Shown: positions 8,841-19,579 of the stretch, one piece after another | Layout: every line of letters begins with the position of its first letter | Numbering within the stretch: position 1 is the stretch's first letter | Virus record (IMG/VR): IMGVR_UViG_3300024239_000011 | Location: 248,001 to 312,000 of that record | Length of the DNA: 64,000 bases | Direction: 5' to 3' (one strand) | Program-made: the position numbers and the translations under genes | The notes under the pieces: generated by a model | What the model was told of the DNA's origin: nothing | Database searches by the model: none | The model's input: the letters and a program-made list of their open reading frames with translations, nothing else

Positions 8841-10580
8841 CTACTTCAATACCAGCGCATATACCGCGTTACCACAATCATATATAAGGTTCCACCCGTT
8901 CTGGCGCATGTTTTCGATTTCGGTTTGTGCAGGATCAAAATGGTCTAACTTTCCCTTCAGTTTGTGCTTTTGAAACCCATTTCGAGATTGTAAATTCATA
9001 TTTCCTTTGAAATAGAAATAGTTGGGTGGGGAGGTGTTGATATATTCAAATCCAAGTGCCTCGTATAATTTCCCCCGTCCCCAACGTAAATCTGCATAGG
9101 AGATGATGGAAGACGGATTATGATGTGTAATGAACGCATTCAGTAATTTACCAGCACCACCAATCACCGTCGTATTAAGTCCGCTTGAATACCGTAAAAT
9201 TTCCCACTCATATTTGTGCGAATACCGGCTTTTGGAAAAACTCATTGCTGCAACAAGATCATTATCAAAAAGTAGACCATATGTGACGGCGGCATGTGCA
9301 TGCCCTTGTAGGTGGGTTTCGGAAAAAAACATCTTGCTTGTTTGATGATCCAATTCGACTACTTCAGTCTTACGGGCATATATGCTATTAGCATTTCCAA
9401 GAATTGCACAAATACGGCTTTCAACGATTTCGCGTTGAAGCAACCATTCATTTTCCCATACATGGATTAATGTTATTCCGCGTTCTGTGCATAGCTTTGT
9501 TTTCATGGAATGGTAGTTCTTTGGTTTCCCGGCATTGATTGAATGCCACCATAACCCATCGTACTCGAACGCAATGTTTTTTGAGGGTACGAAAATGTCC
9601 AATTCGTACCCTTTTAACAAATGCCTGTTATTCGTTGTTACATCATAACCGAACCCGCGAATGAAATCCGTTAATTCGCGTTGTCCACTCGATACGAAGT
9701 GAACTTTTGGGGTAATTCCATGTTGTTTGAACCGGTGACACACCGGGAAAATAGATATCCCCAACTGTTGGGCGATTTCTTTTAATGTATATGTTTGATT
9801 TTGTTCTTTAAGCCAGTCAATATCATCCAGTTTATCTGCGACTCCTGCTGGAAAATGATATTGGTTTGGTTTACGTACCCCTATGGACGTGAATAGCTCT
9901 TGTAGCTTCTCTTTAATGTGAAGAACTTTCATGGGATTGTCACGCCCATACTTTGCGATCCAGTGGTTTTTGGTTTGCTTAATAACCTCTGAATTTTGAG
10001 ATGGGTAATCTGTTCCAAACTTTTGGCGGTTGGTTTCTTTGACTTTTTCGATGATTTTGGTTGATTGAGTTGGCCAAGCAACTCCATGGTTGTGAAGATT
10101 TGATTGCTGAACTTTATCTAGAATTTCAGCATTCATGGTAGGTGACTTCACCCCATATCGATCAATACAAGTTTGAGCGGTTGCGTGTTTGACAGCATCC
10201 GTCATTGATGCGAAATCCGCACCGTATTTTTCTCGGTTAGTCGTTTTCCGCTTGGTAATGATGTTTTGGCGATCTGTTTCCGAGCGATGTTCGCGTGCTT
10301 TTTCAGCGTTTTCTCGGTTACACGCGCATACCGACTGGTTGCCGCAAAATTTTAGATAGCCTTTATTAAAGGAAACAAAGGTAGGGCGCGAACCGTTAAC
10401 GCACATTATCTCGGGGACGGTTTTTCCATTCAAATATAGCCACAGTTTTTCTATATCAGGGACATCGAAGCCTCCAATAAAAGCTTCGATGTCTGCCCAA
10501 AAGTGTTCTTTTGCTATCTTCAGTTTTACTCGTGTATCAGAGTGTGATGATAGCATTTCAAGGTGGTGTTCTCGGTACAT
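8841..10580 (-). CDS. Hef/Vsr-like free-standing homing endonuclease with N-terminal repeats
   Basis: Repeated T..(E/K)KYG...P units; ELDIFVPSKNIAFEYDGLWWH; IHVWENEW; IYARK; SYADLRW; IYDCG; AT-rich. Confidence 0.8.
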   Translation of the reverse strand: MYREHHLEMLSSHSDTRVKLKIAKEHFWADIEAFIGGFDVPDIEKLWLYLNGKTVPEIMCVNGSRPTFVSFNKGYLKFCGNQSVCACNRENAEKAREHRSETDRQNIITKRKTTNREKYGADFASMTDAVKHATAQTCIDRYGVKSPTMNAEILDKVQQSNLHNHGVAWPTQSTKIIEKVKETNRQKFGTDYPSQNSEVIKQTKNHWIAKYGRDNPMKVLHIKEKLQELFTSIGVRKPNQYHFPAGVADKLDDIDWLKEQNQTYTLKEIAQQLGISIFPVCHRFKQHGITPKVHFVSSGQRELTDFIRGFGYDVTTNNRHLLKGYELDIFVPSKNIAFEYDGLWWHSINAGKPKNYHSMKTKLCTERGITLIHVWENEWLLQREIVESRICAILGNANSIYARKTEVVELDHQTSKMFFSETHLQGHAHAAVTYGLLFDNDLVAAMSFSKSRYSHKYEWEILRYSSGLNTTVIGGAGKLLNAFITHHNPSSIISYADLRWGRGKLYEALGFEYINTSPPNYFYFKGNMNLQSRNGFQKHKLKGKLDHFDPAQTEIENMRQNGWNLIYDCGNAVYALVLK

Positions 10581-10616
10581 GTCGGTAAATTAGCAAATTA
10601 CCGCATTATAACCAAT

Positions 10617-11486
10617 TTATTCCTCGCGATAATTCTTCTCCATTTCACGCATTTTATATTCATGTTCAATCTGACGTGTGAACGATGGGTTGTGACCCAT
10701 TGCTTGAAGCATATCATCGCGAATACTTTGGTTTTTCTTTTCGATGTTTAACACTCTAGTAAAAGATGCAGTAATTACTGCTGTGTAATAGGCAAAGGGA
10801 TTTGGTGTAATTGATCGTGACTCGTCAAATTGTAGTCCAACCTGGGAAAGCTGCACTAGGGCTTGGCTTTTCATTTCGTCAATGTATGTGTAACCGCGCC
10901 AATTTCCGCGTTGACTATATTTGTCCACCAATTTCATGAACATAAAAGCGAGCCGGTGGGTAATTTTACCATGGTCGGTGCAGAATTGATCACCTTTCCA
11001 ATGGCTCCGTAACACTTCAACAAACTGCCCGTCTTTGAGAATGTAGTGTTTAAAGGGCGGGAAGTTCATCCGTGCCCGTTCTTCGTCCTCTCCGTCTGCA
11101 TTTTTCTTTTTCTTCTTGTATTCCGGTGGAATGTGTTCATCCGTCATGACGCGGAATACGAGATTTTCAGTTTTGATATCATCAGCCGATGTATTGACTT
11201 GAATTTCTTGGGGGCGAAATCCCATTTCAAGCAATTCTTCTTTTTTCTGCTTGGTGACGCGCTCGGCGTTATTCGCCTTGGCTGTTTGAATCATTTCTTC
11301 GGTGATATCGGACAAACGACCTTGTTTTTTCTGATCACCGCCCTCACCAACGATAATGTCGTAGTATCGAAACCTATCCTGTTGATACTCCGGATCAAGC
11401 AATGAGCAATAGGTTAGCTTTGATTTGTGTATTTCGATAAGGAGTTCCTTGTTAGACAAGTAATTGATGCGTGGCGGTACTGACAT
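10617..11486 (-). CDS. gp55: T4 gp55-like late-transcription sigma factor
   Basis: NYLSNKELL, NWRGYTYIDEMK, QFDESRS..NPFAYYT, EKK.Q.IRD. Confidence 0.92.
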   Translation of the reverse strand: MSVPPRINYLSNKELLIEIHKSKLTYCSLLDPEYQQDRFRYYDIIVGEGGDQKKQGRLSDITEEMIQTAKANNAERVTKQKKEELLEMGFRPQEIQVNTSADDIKTENLVFRVMTDEHIPPEYKKKKKNADGEDEERARMNFPPFKHYILKDGQFVEVLRSHWKGDQFCTDHGKITHRLAFMFMKLVDKYSQRGNWRGYTYIDEMKSQALVQLSQVGLQFDESRSITPNPFAYYTAVITASFTRVLNIEKKNQSIRDDMLQAMGHNPSFTRQIEHEYKMREMEKNYREE

Positions 11487-11583
11487 TGAAATTCCTTAAC
11501 TGTTAATGGAACGCGATTTAATACTAATATCCTATAATATTTGTTGACACAATAAATAATTAACTTTGGTTTTTTAGTTCCAC

Positions 11584-11589
11584 TAAATA
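11584..11589 (+). promoter_or_regulatory. Late promoter TAAATA for the baseplate block
   Basis: cacTAAATAc 24 nt before the ATG at 11614; the same hexamer precedes other structural blocks. Confidence 0.7.
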
Positions 11590-11613
11590 CTCTATATGTG
11601 AAGGAGAGTATTC

Positions 11614-12507
11614 ATGGCAACGGATGATACCCCGACGATTGGGCAGAAAATGTTGAATGATGCAGAAACACTTCAGAGTGACTTTGCGCGTGATACGGCT
11701 TCGCTTGCTGATAAAATTGGTTCCATTATGCCATCGTTTGGATCGCGGGGGGTGGGTACTAATACTGGGGCGTTGTCTAAGGGAGAGCAGTATCTTCGGA
11801 ACACTTATGGGCAGAACCAGAATGCGAATATATCCCAACCTGCCTCTGGACAGACAACCACCAAGTTTGACCACCGGGCACGTCTACGCCCAATGCCAAA
11901 AGCGGAAGAGTTTGTGTATGGTGAGCGGGATCGTAATACCAACATTTTGTTTCCGTTGTATGAGTCTGGTGGACTGATTTGGCCATTTACACCATCCATC
12001 AATATTCAACAAAGCGTTGAATATACGGCGTATCAAGCAGTGCATAGCAATCAGGAATACAAGGCGTATTCTCATACTCCTGCCTTTTCATTTGCCTGTG
12101 CTGGTATATGGACTGCGCAGAATGAGCAAGAAAAAGCCTATTGTCTTGCCGGTTTGCATTTCCTTCGAACTGTGACGAAGATGCATTTTGGCATCAATGA
12201 TAAGGACAATCGCGGAACACCACCCCCTGTGTTGCTGTTTTCTGCATATGGTAATCTGATGTTCAACGATCTCCCGGTGATTATCAATTCATTCACGGTG
12301 GACTTTACTAATGATGTTGACTATGTGCAATTCCAACGAACGGTTGGGCAACAACGCCAAACTGGCACCGCGTGGTTGCCTGCTAAATTTAATGTGTCGG
12401 TACAGATGACGGTGCAAAAAACGCCAAGTCAAATGCGTAATGATTTCAATCTTAATAAGTTCCGTACTGGGGAGTTGTTGCTTTCTGGGAAAGGTGGGTG
12501 GTTCTGA
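11614..12507 (+). CDS. Baseplate/tail-tube initiator-like structural protein
   Basis: HFLRTVTKM.FG, GTPPPVLLFSAYG, DVDY motifs; position ahead of gp53-hub-gp5. Confidence 0.7.
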   Translation: MATDDTPTIGQKMLNDAETLQSDFARDTASLADKIGSIMPSFGSRGVGTNTGALSKGEQYLRNTYGQNQNANISQPASGQTTTKFDHRARLRPMPKAEEFVYGERDRNTNILFPLYESGGLIWPFTPSINIQQSVEYTAYQAVHSNQEYKAYSHTPAFSFACAGIWTAQNEQEKAYCLAGLHFLRTVTKMHFGINDKDNRGTPPPVLLFSAYGNLMFNDLPVIINSFTVDFTNDVDYVQFQRTVGQQRQTGTAWLPAKFNVSVQMTVQKTPSQMRNDFNLNKFRTGELLLSGKGGWF

Positions 12508-12803
12508 TGGCTACATATTCCGGACACTCGCCGTATGTGACGACCCCTCAAAATTCGTGGTATTTGGGCTACTATAATCACCGCAGTATCCTTCCAAACA
12601 TCACTGATGATTTGGTCGTGATAGAGCAGAAGCATCAGCACAGACCTGACCTTCTCAGTTACGACATGTACGGTACTGTGGATTTCTGGTGGGTTTTTGC
12701 GGCGAGAAATATGGATTTGATCAAAGACCCGATCTATGACTTGAACGCCGGGATGCAAATTTACGTTCCGTCGATGGCAAGTATTTCCTCAATGGTGTTC
12801 TAA
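12507..12803 (+). CDS. gp53-like (LysM-like) baseplate wedge protein
   Basis: HRPDLLSYDMYG...WWVFA.RN...DPIYD...G..IYVP. Confidence 0.85.
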   Translation: MATYSGHSPYVTTPQNSWYLGYYNHRSILPNITDDLVVIEQKHQHRPDLLSYDMYGTVDFWWVFAARNMDLIKDPIYDLNAGMQIYVPSMASISSMVF

Positions 12804-15800
12804 TGGCTACTTCGTCACCACCGCCCATGGCGGGGGAAGACCCCTCCAAGGTCAAATCTTCATCTACTGGGACTGACGGGAAAACCGTCCAGACTATGAA
12901 GGTTCCGGTCACATTCAATGAGAACGCGACCAATAGGACTGAGAATGATCGCTTGGCAGGGATTAATCTCAGTCAAATCGAGGAAAACTGCCTTAATCGG
13001 TACCACAATTATACCTACCATTGGCGGATGTTCCTGATCAATGACATGGACGAACGCGAAAAGCTTCTCAGTGGTGATATCGGGAAATACGCTGACACGA
13101 TCAAGAGCCTAGAGAAAGCTGGGCGCCTTCTGACAATTGTCGAAAGTGGTGTTACTGGGTATGGTATTGACGAAGTGCAAATGGTCACCAAGTGTGCGGA
13201 TCGAAATACCACCACAATCGGGTTCAATATTGAGCTAACCGAGCCAATGGGTTCGAGTTTTCTTGATAAGCTTGGTTTGGCGACCGTCCATCTTGGGGTG
13301 CCTACGTTCCGTGAGGCTCCATGGCATTTGGAATTGACCTTCATGGGGTACGAACCGGAAACCGGGTTGCCACGACGGATCACTGATGGGCAAGGGCGTC
13401 CAATCTACAAACTTTGGCCGGTCTACCTGACCGACATCAAGACGACGATGATCCATAGTTTGACCAAGTATAGTATTAAAGCGGTTCCTGCCTGTGAGAA
13501 GGCGAGAGCGAATAACCTTGCCTTGCTGCGTACTGGGGCAAAAATCACTGCCAGTACGCTTGGGGAAGCGTTGACAAAACTTGCGGAAGAAATGCCCGCA
13601 AAGATGTCAGAGAGCGATTACTACATTCAAGACAACAAGTACCGCTTTGAGTTCCACCCGCCGGAAATGGCATCGTGGCGTCTGGTCGAACAGGGCGATG
13701 GTTTCATCAAGCCGAACCGGTCTAGCGGGTGGGATAAGGTCCAAATCGACAAAACGTCGGTTCAATTTGCCGCGAGTTCGAATATCTATGACATCATCGA
13801 TATTCTCTCCATTTGCACCACTGAGTGTCAGCACAATTTGGGGGTCGTGAACCAAGACCTAAAACAACGGCAGGATGGCGACAATGGTGAGCGTGCTGCG
13901 GGCGGCTCGATCACCGATATCAGCCAGACCAACTTTCAGGCAGTTTCCGTTTATCCGGAGGTTACCAAGCTAACGTTTCGTCCCACGACCGGCGATTATG
14001 ACCGTGAGATTGTGTACCACATTCATCAACGGGATATCTCAACCCCGCTCATCGATCAGCGGCAGACAGAACGCCTCGCAAGAGACAAAGTAGCGGCACA
14101 ACAGCGGTATTTTGAGTTCGGGCGCCGCTTGAATAAACGTTACGACTATATGTACACCGGTCTCAACACCGAAATATTGAGCCTGGATATCAAGCTCGAC
14201 AATTTGTATCGCGCAACCCTTGCTCATATGGGCGGGCTGTACAGCAATCCTTTGATCACCGAAGGGTACTTCCTTGATAAGGAAAAGATCAAGGTGCGTA
14301 TGGATGCTCTAAAAAGCACGTTCGAGAACAATAAGCGCGAGATCAGAAAGATCGATGAAGAATTGAAGTCCAGCAGTGTTACTGCCGGGAAGCGCAAAGA
14401 GCTTGAGTTGCAGCGAAATAAGTTGGAAAGCAACAATAACGCTTACAAAGAACGTATGCGGACGTTGGCGATGGGTACCGCCAAACCGAATGATCCGACT
14501 AATGACGCGGTGTTCGAAGTCGAACAGTCGGCTCTTTCACGGGATGCGGAAATTCATGGCTCGCCATATGCACAGCAGCTTGCCAAGACCCAGAATGATC
14601 GTCTCAAGAAGTTCAAGAAGGATAATGAAAAGGTTGCGTATGCCGAAAATCTTCAGGGTGACCTTCAGGTGACTTTGGATTGGTATGCGTCAACTGGTAA
14701 AGGCACCAGTCTGATTATCTTTGGTGAAGACGACCGTAAGGCAGAAGCCGATTTCTTGATGTCAGTTGAGACCAAGTATGGGCGCGGGCGAGGCATCGCG
14801 GCATCGGTCTTGAATCAGGTTTACACGTCGAACGCATACGGGGATATGGTCACGATTGACCTCGAAGTGCGTGGCGATCCGTATTGGCTCGGGATGGACT
14901 CCTACGAGCTTTTGAAATACCAGCACGATACGATCAGTCGCTCACGTCCTGATACCTCCAAAGGCACGCCAAGCGGTGACGGACCACATCAGGTGAACGG
15001 GTACCCGAACTTCGTTGAAGCGCAGCATTTGTTCCTGCTGACGTTCAATGCGCCTAAAGAATATGACGAAATGGGTCTCACCCGGAATAACGGGAACGAG
15101 CCATCTTTTTTCGAGCGCGTGTATCACGTTCGCGAGGTTACCAGCATTTTCCGCCAAGGGCAGTTTATCCAGCGCCTCAAGGCGAATATGGACCCTCATG
15201 TTGCCCCTGCCTCGCTGATCGAACGAGTCAAGTTGCTTCAGGATATGCGTAAGGGAGAAGTGAGTGTTGTTACACCAAACTCCCCGGCGGCAACCACGAA
15301 GAACAATTCCCCGCTTAAAGCCAAAACGGCAACCGGAACATCTGCGACAAGCGCGGATTATGATTCTAAACGGTACGACTTCATCAAGGGGGTCGAGGGC
15401 GAGAAGTTGAAATCCTATACGGATACTACTGGACACCGCACCGTTGGCGTCGGGTTTAACATGGATGCTCCCGGTGCCAAGGAAAAATTTAATTCGACCT
15501 TGGGTACTGATGACCAGTATTTTCAGGATGTGTATAGCGGGCGTCAGAATATTACCCCTGAACAATCTAAGCAACTATTCAGTACAAGCGTAGTTGATGC
15601 GGAAGGCGTTGTTGATCGAAAACTTAGTGGAACTTCGCTAAGTGAAAACGAACGTATCGCTATGGTGTCGATGGCGTACAACAACCCGTCGTTGATTGGG
15701 TCGGGAATGACATCAGCCGTGCAAAATGGGGACAAGCAAGCGGTGGTCGATGAAATCCTCTATAAGTCAAATGGCGGCAACAGCAAGGGTATTGCTAATC

Positions 15801-15889
15801 GTCGCTATCAGGAAGCCGCCTTGTTTGCTGGTTCTGAGAGCATTGCCAGTGTGCCTGAATATAAGAAATATGCATCGAGGTATGCCTAA
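12803..15889 (+). CDS. Baseplate hub protein with C-terminal T4-type (GH24) lysozyme
   Basis: K.YDY.YTG.N and LEVRGDPYWL hub motifs; EGEKLKSYTDTTGHRTVGVGFN with intact E/D/T triad. Confidence 0.85.
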   Translation: MATSSPPPMAGEDPSKVKSSSTGTDGKTVQTMKVPVTFNENATNRTENDRLAGINLSQIEENCLNRYHNYTYHWRMFLINDMDEREKLLSGDIGKYADTIKSLEKAGRLLTIVESGVTGYGIDEVQMVTKCADRNTTTIGFNIELTEPMGSSFLDKLGLATVHLGVPTFREAPWHLELTFMGYEPETGLPRRITDGQGRPIYKLWPVYLTDIKTTMIHSLTKYSIKAVPACEKARANNLALLRTGAKITASTLGEALTKLAEEMPAKMSESDYYIQDNKYRFEFHPPEMASWRLVEQGDGFIKPNRSSGWDKVQIDKTSVQFAASSNIYDIIDILSICTTECQHNLGVVNQDLKQRQDGDNGERAAGGSITDISQTNFQAVSVYPEVTKLTFRPTTGDYDREIVYHIHQRDISTPLIDQRQTERLARDKVAAQQRYFEFGRRLNKRYDYMYTGLNTEILSLDIKLDNLYRATLAHMGGLYSNPLITEGYFLDKEKIKVRMDALKSTFENNKREIRKIDEELKSSSVTAGKRKELELQRNKLESNNNAYKERMRTLAMGTAKPNDPTNDAVFEVEQSALSRDAEIHGSPYAQQLAKTQNDRLKKFKKDNEKVAYAENLQGDLQVTLDWYASTGKGTSLIIFGEDDRKAEADFLMSVETKYGRGRGIAASVLNQVYTSNAYGDMVTIDLEVRGDPYWLGMDSYELLKYQHDTISRSRPDTSKGTPSGDGPHQVNGYPNFVEAQHLFLLTFNAPKEYDEMGLTRNNGNEPSFFERVYHVREVTSIFRQGQFIQRLKANMDPHVAPASLIERVKLLQDMRKGEVSVVTPNSPAATTKNNSPLKAKTATGTSATSADYDSKRYDFIKGVEGEKLKSYTDTTGHRTVGVGFNMDAPGAKEKFNSTLGTDDQYFQDVYSGRQNITPEQSKQLFSTSVVDAEGVVDRKLSGTSLSENERIAMVSMAYNNPSLIGSGMTSAVQNGDKQAVVDEILYKSNGGNSKGIANRRYQEAALFAGSESIASVPEYKKYASRYA

Positions 15890-18564
15890 TGTCGTTGGAT
15901 TTGTGGTCTCGTAAAGTAAAGAAGTCGCACCTTCTGCAATCGTCTAACGCGATGCCGCGTTACGACAAAATCTATGTCGGCTTGGTCATGGCGAACGACG
16001 ATCCCGATGGGATGGGGCGTCTCATGGTGTACATTCCGGAATTGTGCGGCGGGCGAATGACCGATTCTGAGGCATGGTTTCTTGTGAACTATGCGTCTCC
16101 ATTTGCGGGCGCTACCAATCCTTGGCCCGACCTTAGCACGGGGGATAGCGGAAACAAACGTGACGGAACCACTTTTGCTGACACACAGAAATCCTACGGT
16201 TTTTGGGCAACCCCGCCAGATTTGAACAATCAGGTACTTATTGCGTTTGCCTCGGGCGACCCGATGCGTGGGTTCTGGTTTGCGTGTCTGTACCAGCAAA
16301 ATATGAACCATATGGTCCCTGGTATTGGTGCGGGGAAGTCCTATGATGGTGATGAGAACGGAGTGGCGCAGCCTGTTGCTGAATACAACAAGGATGTAAG
16401 CGCGCCGTCTACCGCTGCGATGACCCAACGCGCGTCTCACCCACTTCGGGATGCTCTGAAGAAACAGGGGTTGAGTGTTGATGGGTTGCGCGGCGTATCG
16501 ACCGCATCGGCACGTCGAGAGTCGCCCAGCCGCGTCTTCGGGTTGCTCACACCGGGCGGGTCGCAATTCGTCATGGATGATGGCGACCCCCATAATGAAC
16601 AAAACGCTTACATTCGCCTGCGTACCGTGCAAGGTGCCCAAGTCGTAATTTCAGACACTTATGGGCACATCTATCTCATCAGTCGCGACGGGAATTCCTG
16701 GGTTGAACTGAATAATGATGGGCATATCGACGTTTATTCACGTCTTGCCGTGAACATCCACGGGGAAACCGACGTAAATATTCGTGCAGATCAGGATGTG
16801 AACATCGAAGCTGGTCGCAACATCAATATGAAGGCGGTCGAGGGTGATTTGAAGCTTGAAGTGGATGGAAACATTCACATGACAGCGGCTCGGAATTTCT
16901 CTCTCACGGCGCACGGAAACGGGGATATCAAGATCGATTCCCACCTCAAGATTTCTTCTTTGAATTACGATTTGCGGGTGGATCAGGATCGCACGATCTG
17001 GGTGGGTAAGGACACCCATATCAAGCATCCGGGTGGTGGTACCCGCAACTGGGGTGAGGCAAAGTCTTACGGGTTCCCTGGTCCGTGTATTATCCCACAA
17101 CCAGTAATCATTTCGTGTGGTGATGTGAAAGATGCTGCCTCGGCGGGGTCGGCGGCTGTTCCGGCGGTCAACACGCATGCTTTGAACAAGACGGTAACGG
17201 CATCGGTCACCACCCGTGTCCCCGAACATGAGCCGTGGGCGCCTCACACGGTACCAGCCCAAGGGGCACCGAAGGAATCCTATGAACCCGGCTTCGACCC
17301 GGCCAAGTATCAGGATTTGGAGCAGGAAAGTTCCCCCAATGATGGTTGCGGGGAGCCGAAAGCGGTTGACCGCATGGCAACGTCCGACCGAGGGAAGAAA
17401 TTTATCACAGGGTTGAACGATAACCCGTTCAGTTTGTATGCGGTATCGAGTGATGATCAAACGCTTCGGATTGGTTATGGGACAGTCGGACCTCGCGAAG
17501 AGATCATGACGGACTTCCGCTATGGTATTACTGAAGAGGATGCGTGGACCAATTTCGAACGTCGATTGAACCGAGACGGGGAAATCCCAGTCAAATCCAA
17601 TATCTCAGTCGAGTTGACCCAGGCGCAATATGACGCCTTGGTAAGTCTTGTTTTGGATTTGGGTGTCGGTGCCCTTAGTCGTGAGATCGATGGGGTACGT
17701 CTTCGTGACGTGATCAACGAAGGTAGGCACGATGATGCAGCCAAGATAATTGCGGTTCTGGGTGGGAATTCAAACCGTCGTCGCCAAGAAAGCGTTCTAT
17801 ACGCGACTTGTAACTACGGAAGCCTCGGTGATCGTTGCTCGTGGTTCAAGAAAGGTATGAACGATGCCAAGAACGTCTACAAGGGGCAGAACGACACCAT
17901 TCGCCGCCAAATCCAAGGATCGTGCTGGCGTATGAACCAGCCCGACCTTCCTGGCGGTGATGAGTTTGTTACCGAATTGCGCACAAAGTACCCGAAAGAG
18001 AGTGTACAGAATTACAAGACGCCGTGTATCTCGAAGAAGATCGAGGAACACAGTACCAGTGGTACCATCGTTGAAAACGGCGATATACCAATCGGGAAGT
18101 ATTTCAAGCTCAAGGATTTCTGTCAGAGCGATACTGCTCGGGCGGCAGGCATCCCGAACAATCCAACTGAAGAGGAAGTTGAAAATCTCAAGGCGCTAGT
18201 CACCAATGTCATTGACCCATTCATTGATGGTACCGGATGTCAAATCCGTATTACCAGTGGATACCGTAGTCCTGCACTGAACAATTATATGCGTGGTGGG
18301 CGTGCCGATGTAGCGAAACGTAGTCAGCACAGTCGTGGTCAAGCAGTGGACTTTATTCCACAAGGAATGACAACCAGACAGGCGGCGCTTTGGATTGCAG
18401 ATAACCTTCAATTTGACCAGCTTATTCACGAAGCCCGCAATACACGGTGGGTACATGTGAGTTGGAACCGTGCAGGTAATCGGGTAAATGACGGGCGTAC
18501 AAAAGTGTTTTCATGGAACACCACGTCTGGTCGGAAGTATTACGGTGAAATTGTTGACGTGTAG
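15889..18564 (+). CDS. gp5-like central spike: OB-fold, beta-helix, degenerate lysozyme, peptidase M15A
   Basis: DPDGMGRL.V.IP, SYGFW..PPD, RVPEHEPW; LTQAQYDALVS; ITSGYRS..SQH..GQAVD..WVHVS. Confidence 0.88.
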   Translation: MSLDLWSRKVKKSHLLQSSNAMPRYDKIYVGLVMANDDPDGMGRLMVYIPELCGGRMTDSEAWFLVNYASPFAGATNPWPDLSTGDSGNKRDGTTFADTQKSYGFWATPPDLNNQVLIAFASGDPMRGFWFACLYQQNMNHMVPGIGAGKSYDGDENGVAQPVAEYNKDVSAPSTAAMTQRASHPLRDALKKQGLSVDGLRGVSTASARRESPSRVFGLLTPGGSQFVMDDGDPHNEQNAYIRLRTVQGAQVVISDTYGHIYLISRDGNSWVELNNDGHIDVYSRLAVNIHGETDVNIRADQDVNIEAGRNINMKAVEGDLKLEVDGNIHMTAARNFSLTAHGNGDIKIDSHLKISSLNYDLRVDQDRTIWVGKDTHIKHPGGGTRNWGEAKSYGFPGPCIIPQPVIISCGDVKDAASAGSAAVPAVNTHALNKTVTASVTTRVPEHEPWAPHTVPAQGAPKESYEPGFDPAKYQDLEQESSPNDGCGEPKAVDRMATSDRGKKFITGLNDNPFSLYAVSSDDQTLRIGYGTVGPREEIMTDFRYGITEEDAWTNFERRLNRDGEIPVKSNISVELTQAQYDALVSLVLDLGVGALSREIDGVRLRDVINEGRHDDAAKIIAVLGGNSNRRRQESVLYATCNYGSLGDRCSWFKKGMNDAKNVYKGQNDTIRRQIQGSCWRMNQPDLPGGDEFVTELRTKYPKESVQNYKTPCISKKIEEHSTSGTIVENGDIPIGKYFKLKDFCQSDTARAAGIPNNPTEEEVENLKALVTNVIDPFIDGTGCQIRITSGYRSPALNNYMRGGRADVAKRSQHSRGQAVDFIPQGMTTRQAALWIADNLQFDQLIHEARNTRWVHVSWNRAGNRVNDGRTKVFSWNTTSGRKYYGEIVDV

Positions 18565-18567
18565 GGG

Positions 18568-18596
18568 TTGACAACTACCGGACACCTCGCTAAAGT
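18568..18596 (+). promoter_or_regulatory. Sigma70-type early promoter
   Basis: TTGACA-17 nt-TAAAGT upstream of the small ORF at 18627. Confidence 0.6.
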
Positions 18597-18626
18597 AGTG
18601 CCCATAACAAGCCACGAGGGAGTGCC

Positions 18627-18800
18627 ATGGCTAAGCGTATTGTTCTGACCCGCACGTTGAAGGTCGCGAAGGGCAATCTGGAAATCGGTCGTAAGGTCGC
18701 CGTTTCCGATTTGGACCCGCACGAGGTCAATGACCTGATCGCTCTGACCGGCGCCGTCATCCAGGGTCAGTACCTCGTGCGTCCCAGCGCGGTGGCGTGA
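18627..18800 (+). CDS. Small hypothetical protein (57 aa, MAKRIVLTRTLK...)
   Basis: GAGGGAG RBS, own promoter and terminator; below the ORF-track cutoff. Confidence 0.7.
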   Translation: MAKRIVLTRTLKVAKGNLEIGRKVAVSDLDPHEVNDLIALTGAVIQGQYLVRPSAVA

Positions 18801-18828
18801 TTTCGCGGTCTGAACAACTGGACTACAA

Positions 18829-18858
18829 AGAAACGGCGGCTAATTAGCCGCCGTTTCT
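18829..18858. terminator. Bidirectional intrinsic terminator
   Basis: AGAAACGGCGGC-TAATTA-GCCGCCGTTTCT between convergent genes. Confidence 0.75.
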
Positions 18859-19184
18859 GCTTGCCATTTCTTCCACATCGAACGCATGTTGTCACACATC
18901 AACATGTCTTCGGTGATTGGTACCTCGATTTCAAACATGCTGTCTGATAGAATAACCGTTCCGGTAGGTTCGGTCACTGTTGGGAAAAAATTTAACGCCA
19001 GCCGGGCTGCATCCGTGTGGATTTGTGAATCTAATGGGTTTGCCATGGTTCCCATGTTTACCTTGGTGTGCCCGATGATCGTTCCGTGTTGAACCACGGT
19101 AACCTGATAGATCAGGCTGACCGCCTCAATCAAAGACCAGTTCGGTTGGGGAAATGTAAAAGTATCCGGGTCGGTAGTCTGCAT
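18840..19184 (-). CDS. Hypothetical protein
   Basis: ORF in a minus-strand operon. Confidence 0.55.
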   Translation of the reverse strand: MQTTDPDTFTFPQPNWSLIEAVSLIYQVTVVQHGTIIGHTKVNMGTMANPLDSQIHTDAARLALNFFPTVTEPTGTVILSDSMFEIEVPITEDMLMCDNMRSMWKKWQAETAAN

Positions 19185-19560
19185 AATTCACCGTGTTGAC
19201 TTGTAGGTATACTTTGACATCCGAACCATCCACCGGTTTCATCCAGATGTACTTGACCGTGCGGTTGGGTTCTCCCTTAAATCGATCAATAATTTGATCA
19301 AGCGCCATCTGTTCGTCGGTGAACTCGATGTACGCTCCATAGTCGCCAATCACGACCCGATCATACCCGGTCGCTAGGACAGTCCCCACAGGCGTCCAGA
19401 ACACCTTGCGAGGATCGCCATTTGGGGACAGTTTCAATTGCGAGAGGTAATGGAGCCGCACGATCTGCGATTCGTCGGGCGGAAGGGGCTTGTAGAAACT
19501 TGAAGACCCCTTCTCTGTCCGCGACTGAACCTTATCAAGAATGGCTCGTAGGTTCTTCAT
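19126..19560 (-). CDS. Conserved-looking hypothetical phage protein
   Basis: ATGYDRVVIGDYGAYIEF...V.YADY..G.FYISP; function not recognised. Confidence 0.65.
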   Translation of the reverse strand: MKNLRAILDKVQSRTEKGSSSFYKPLPPDESQIVRLHYLSQLKLSPNGDPRKVFWTPVGTVLATGYDRVVIGDYGAYIEFTDEQMALDQIIDRFKGEPNRTVKYIWMKPVDGSDVKVYLQVNTVNYADYRPGYFYISPTELVFD

Positions 19561-19579
19561 CTTCAGATGCCCGTCTAGA

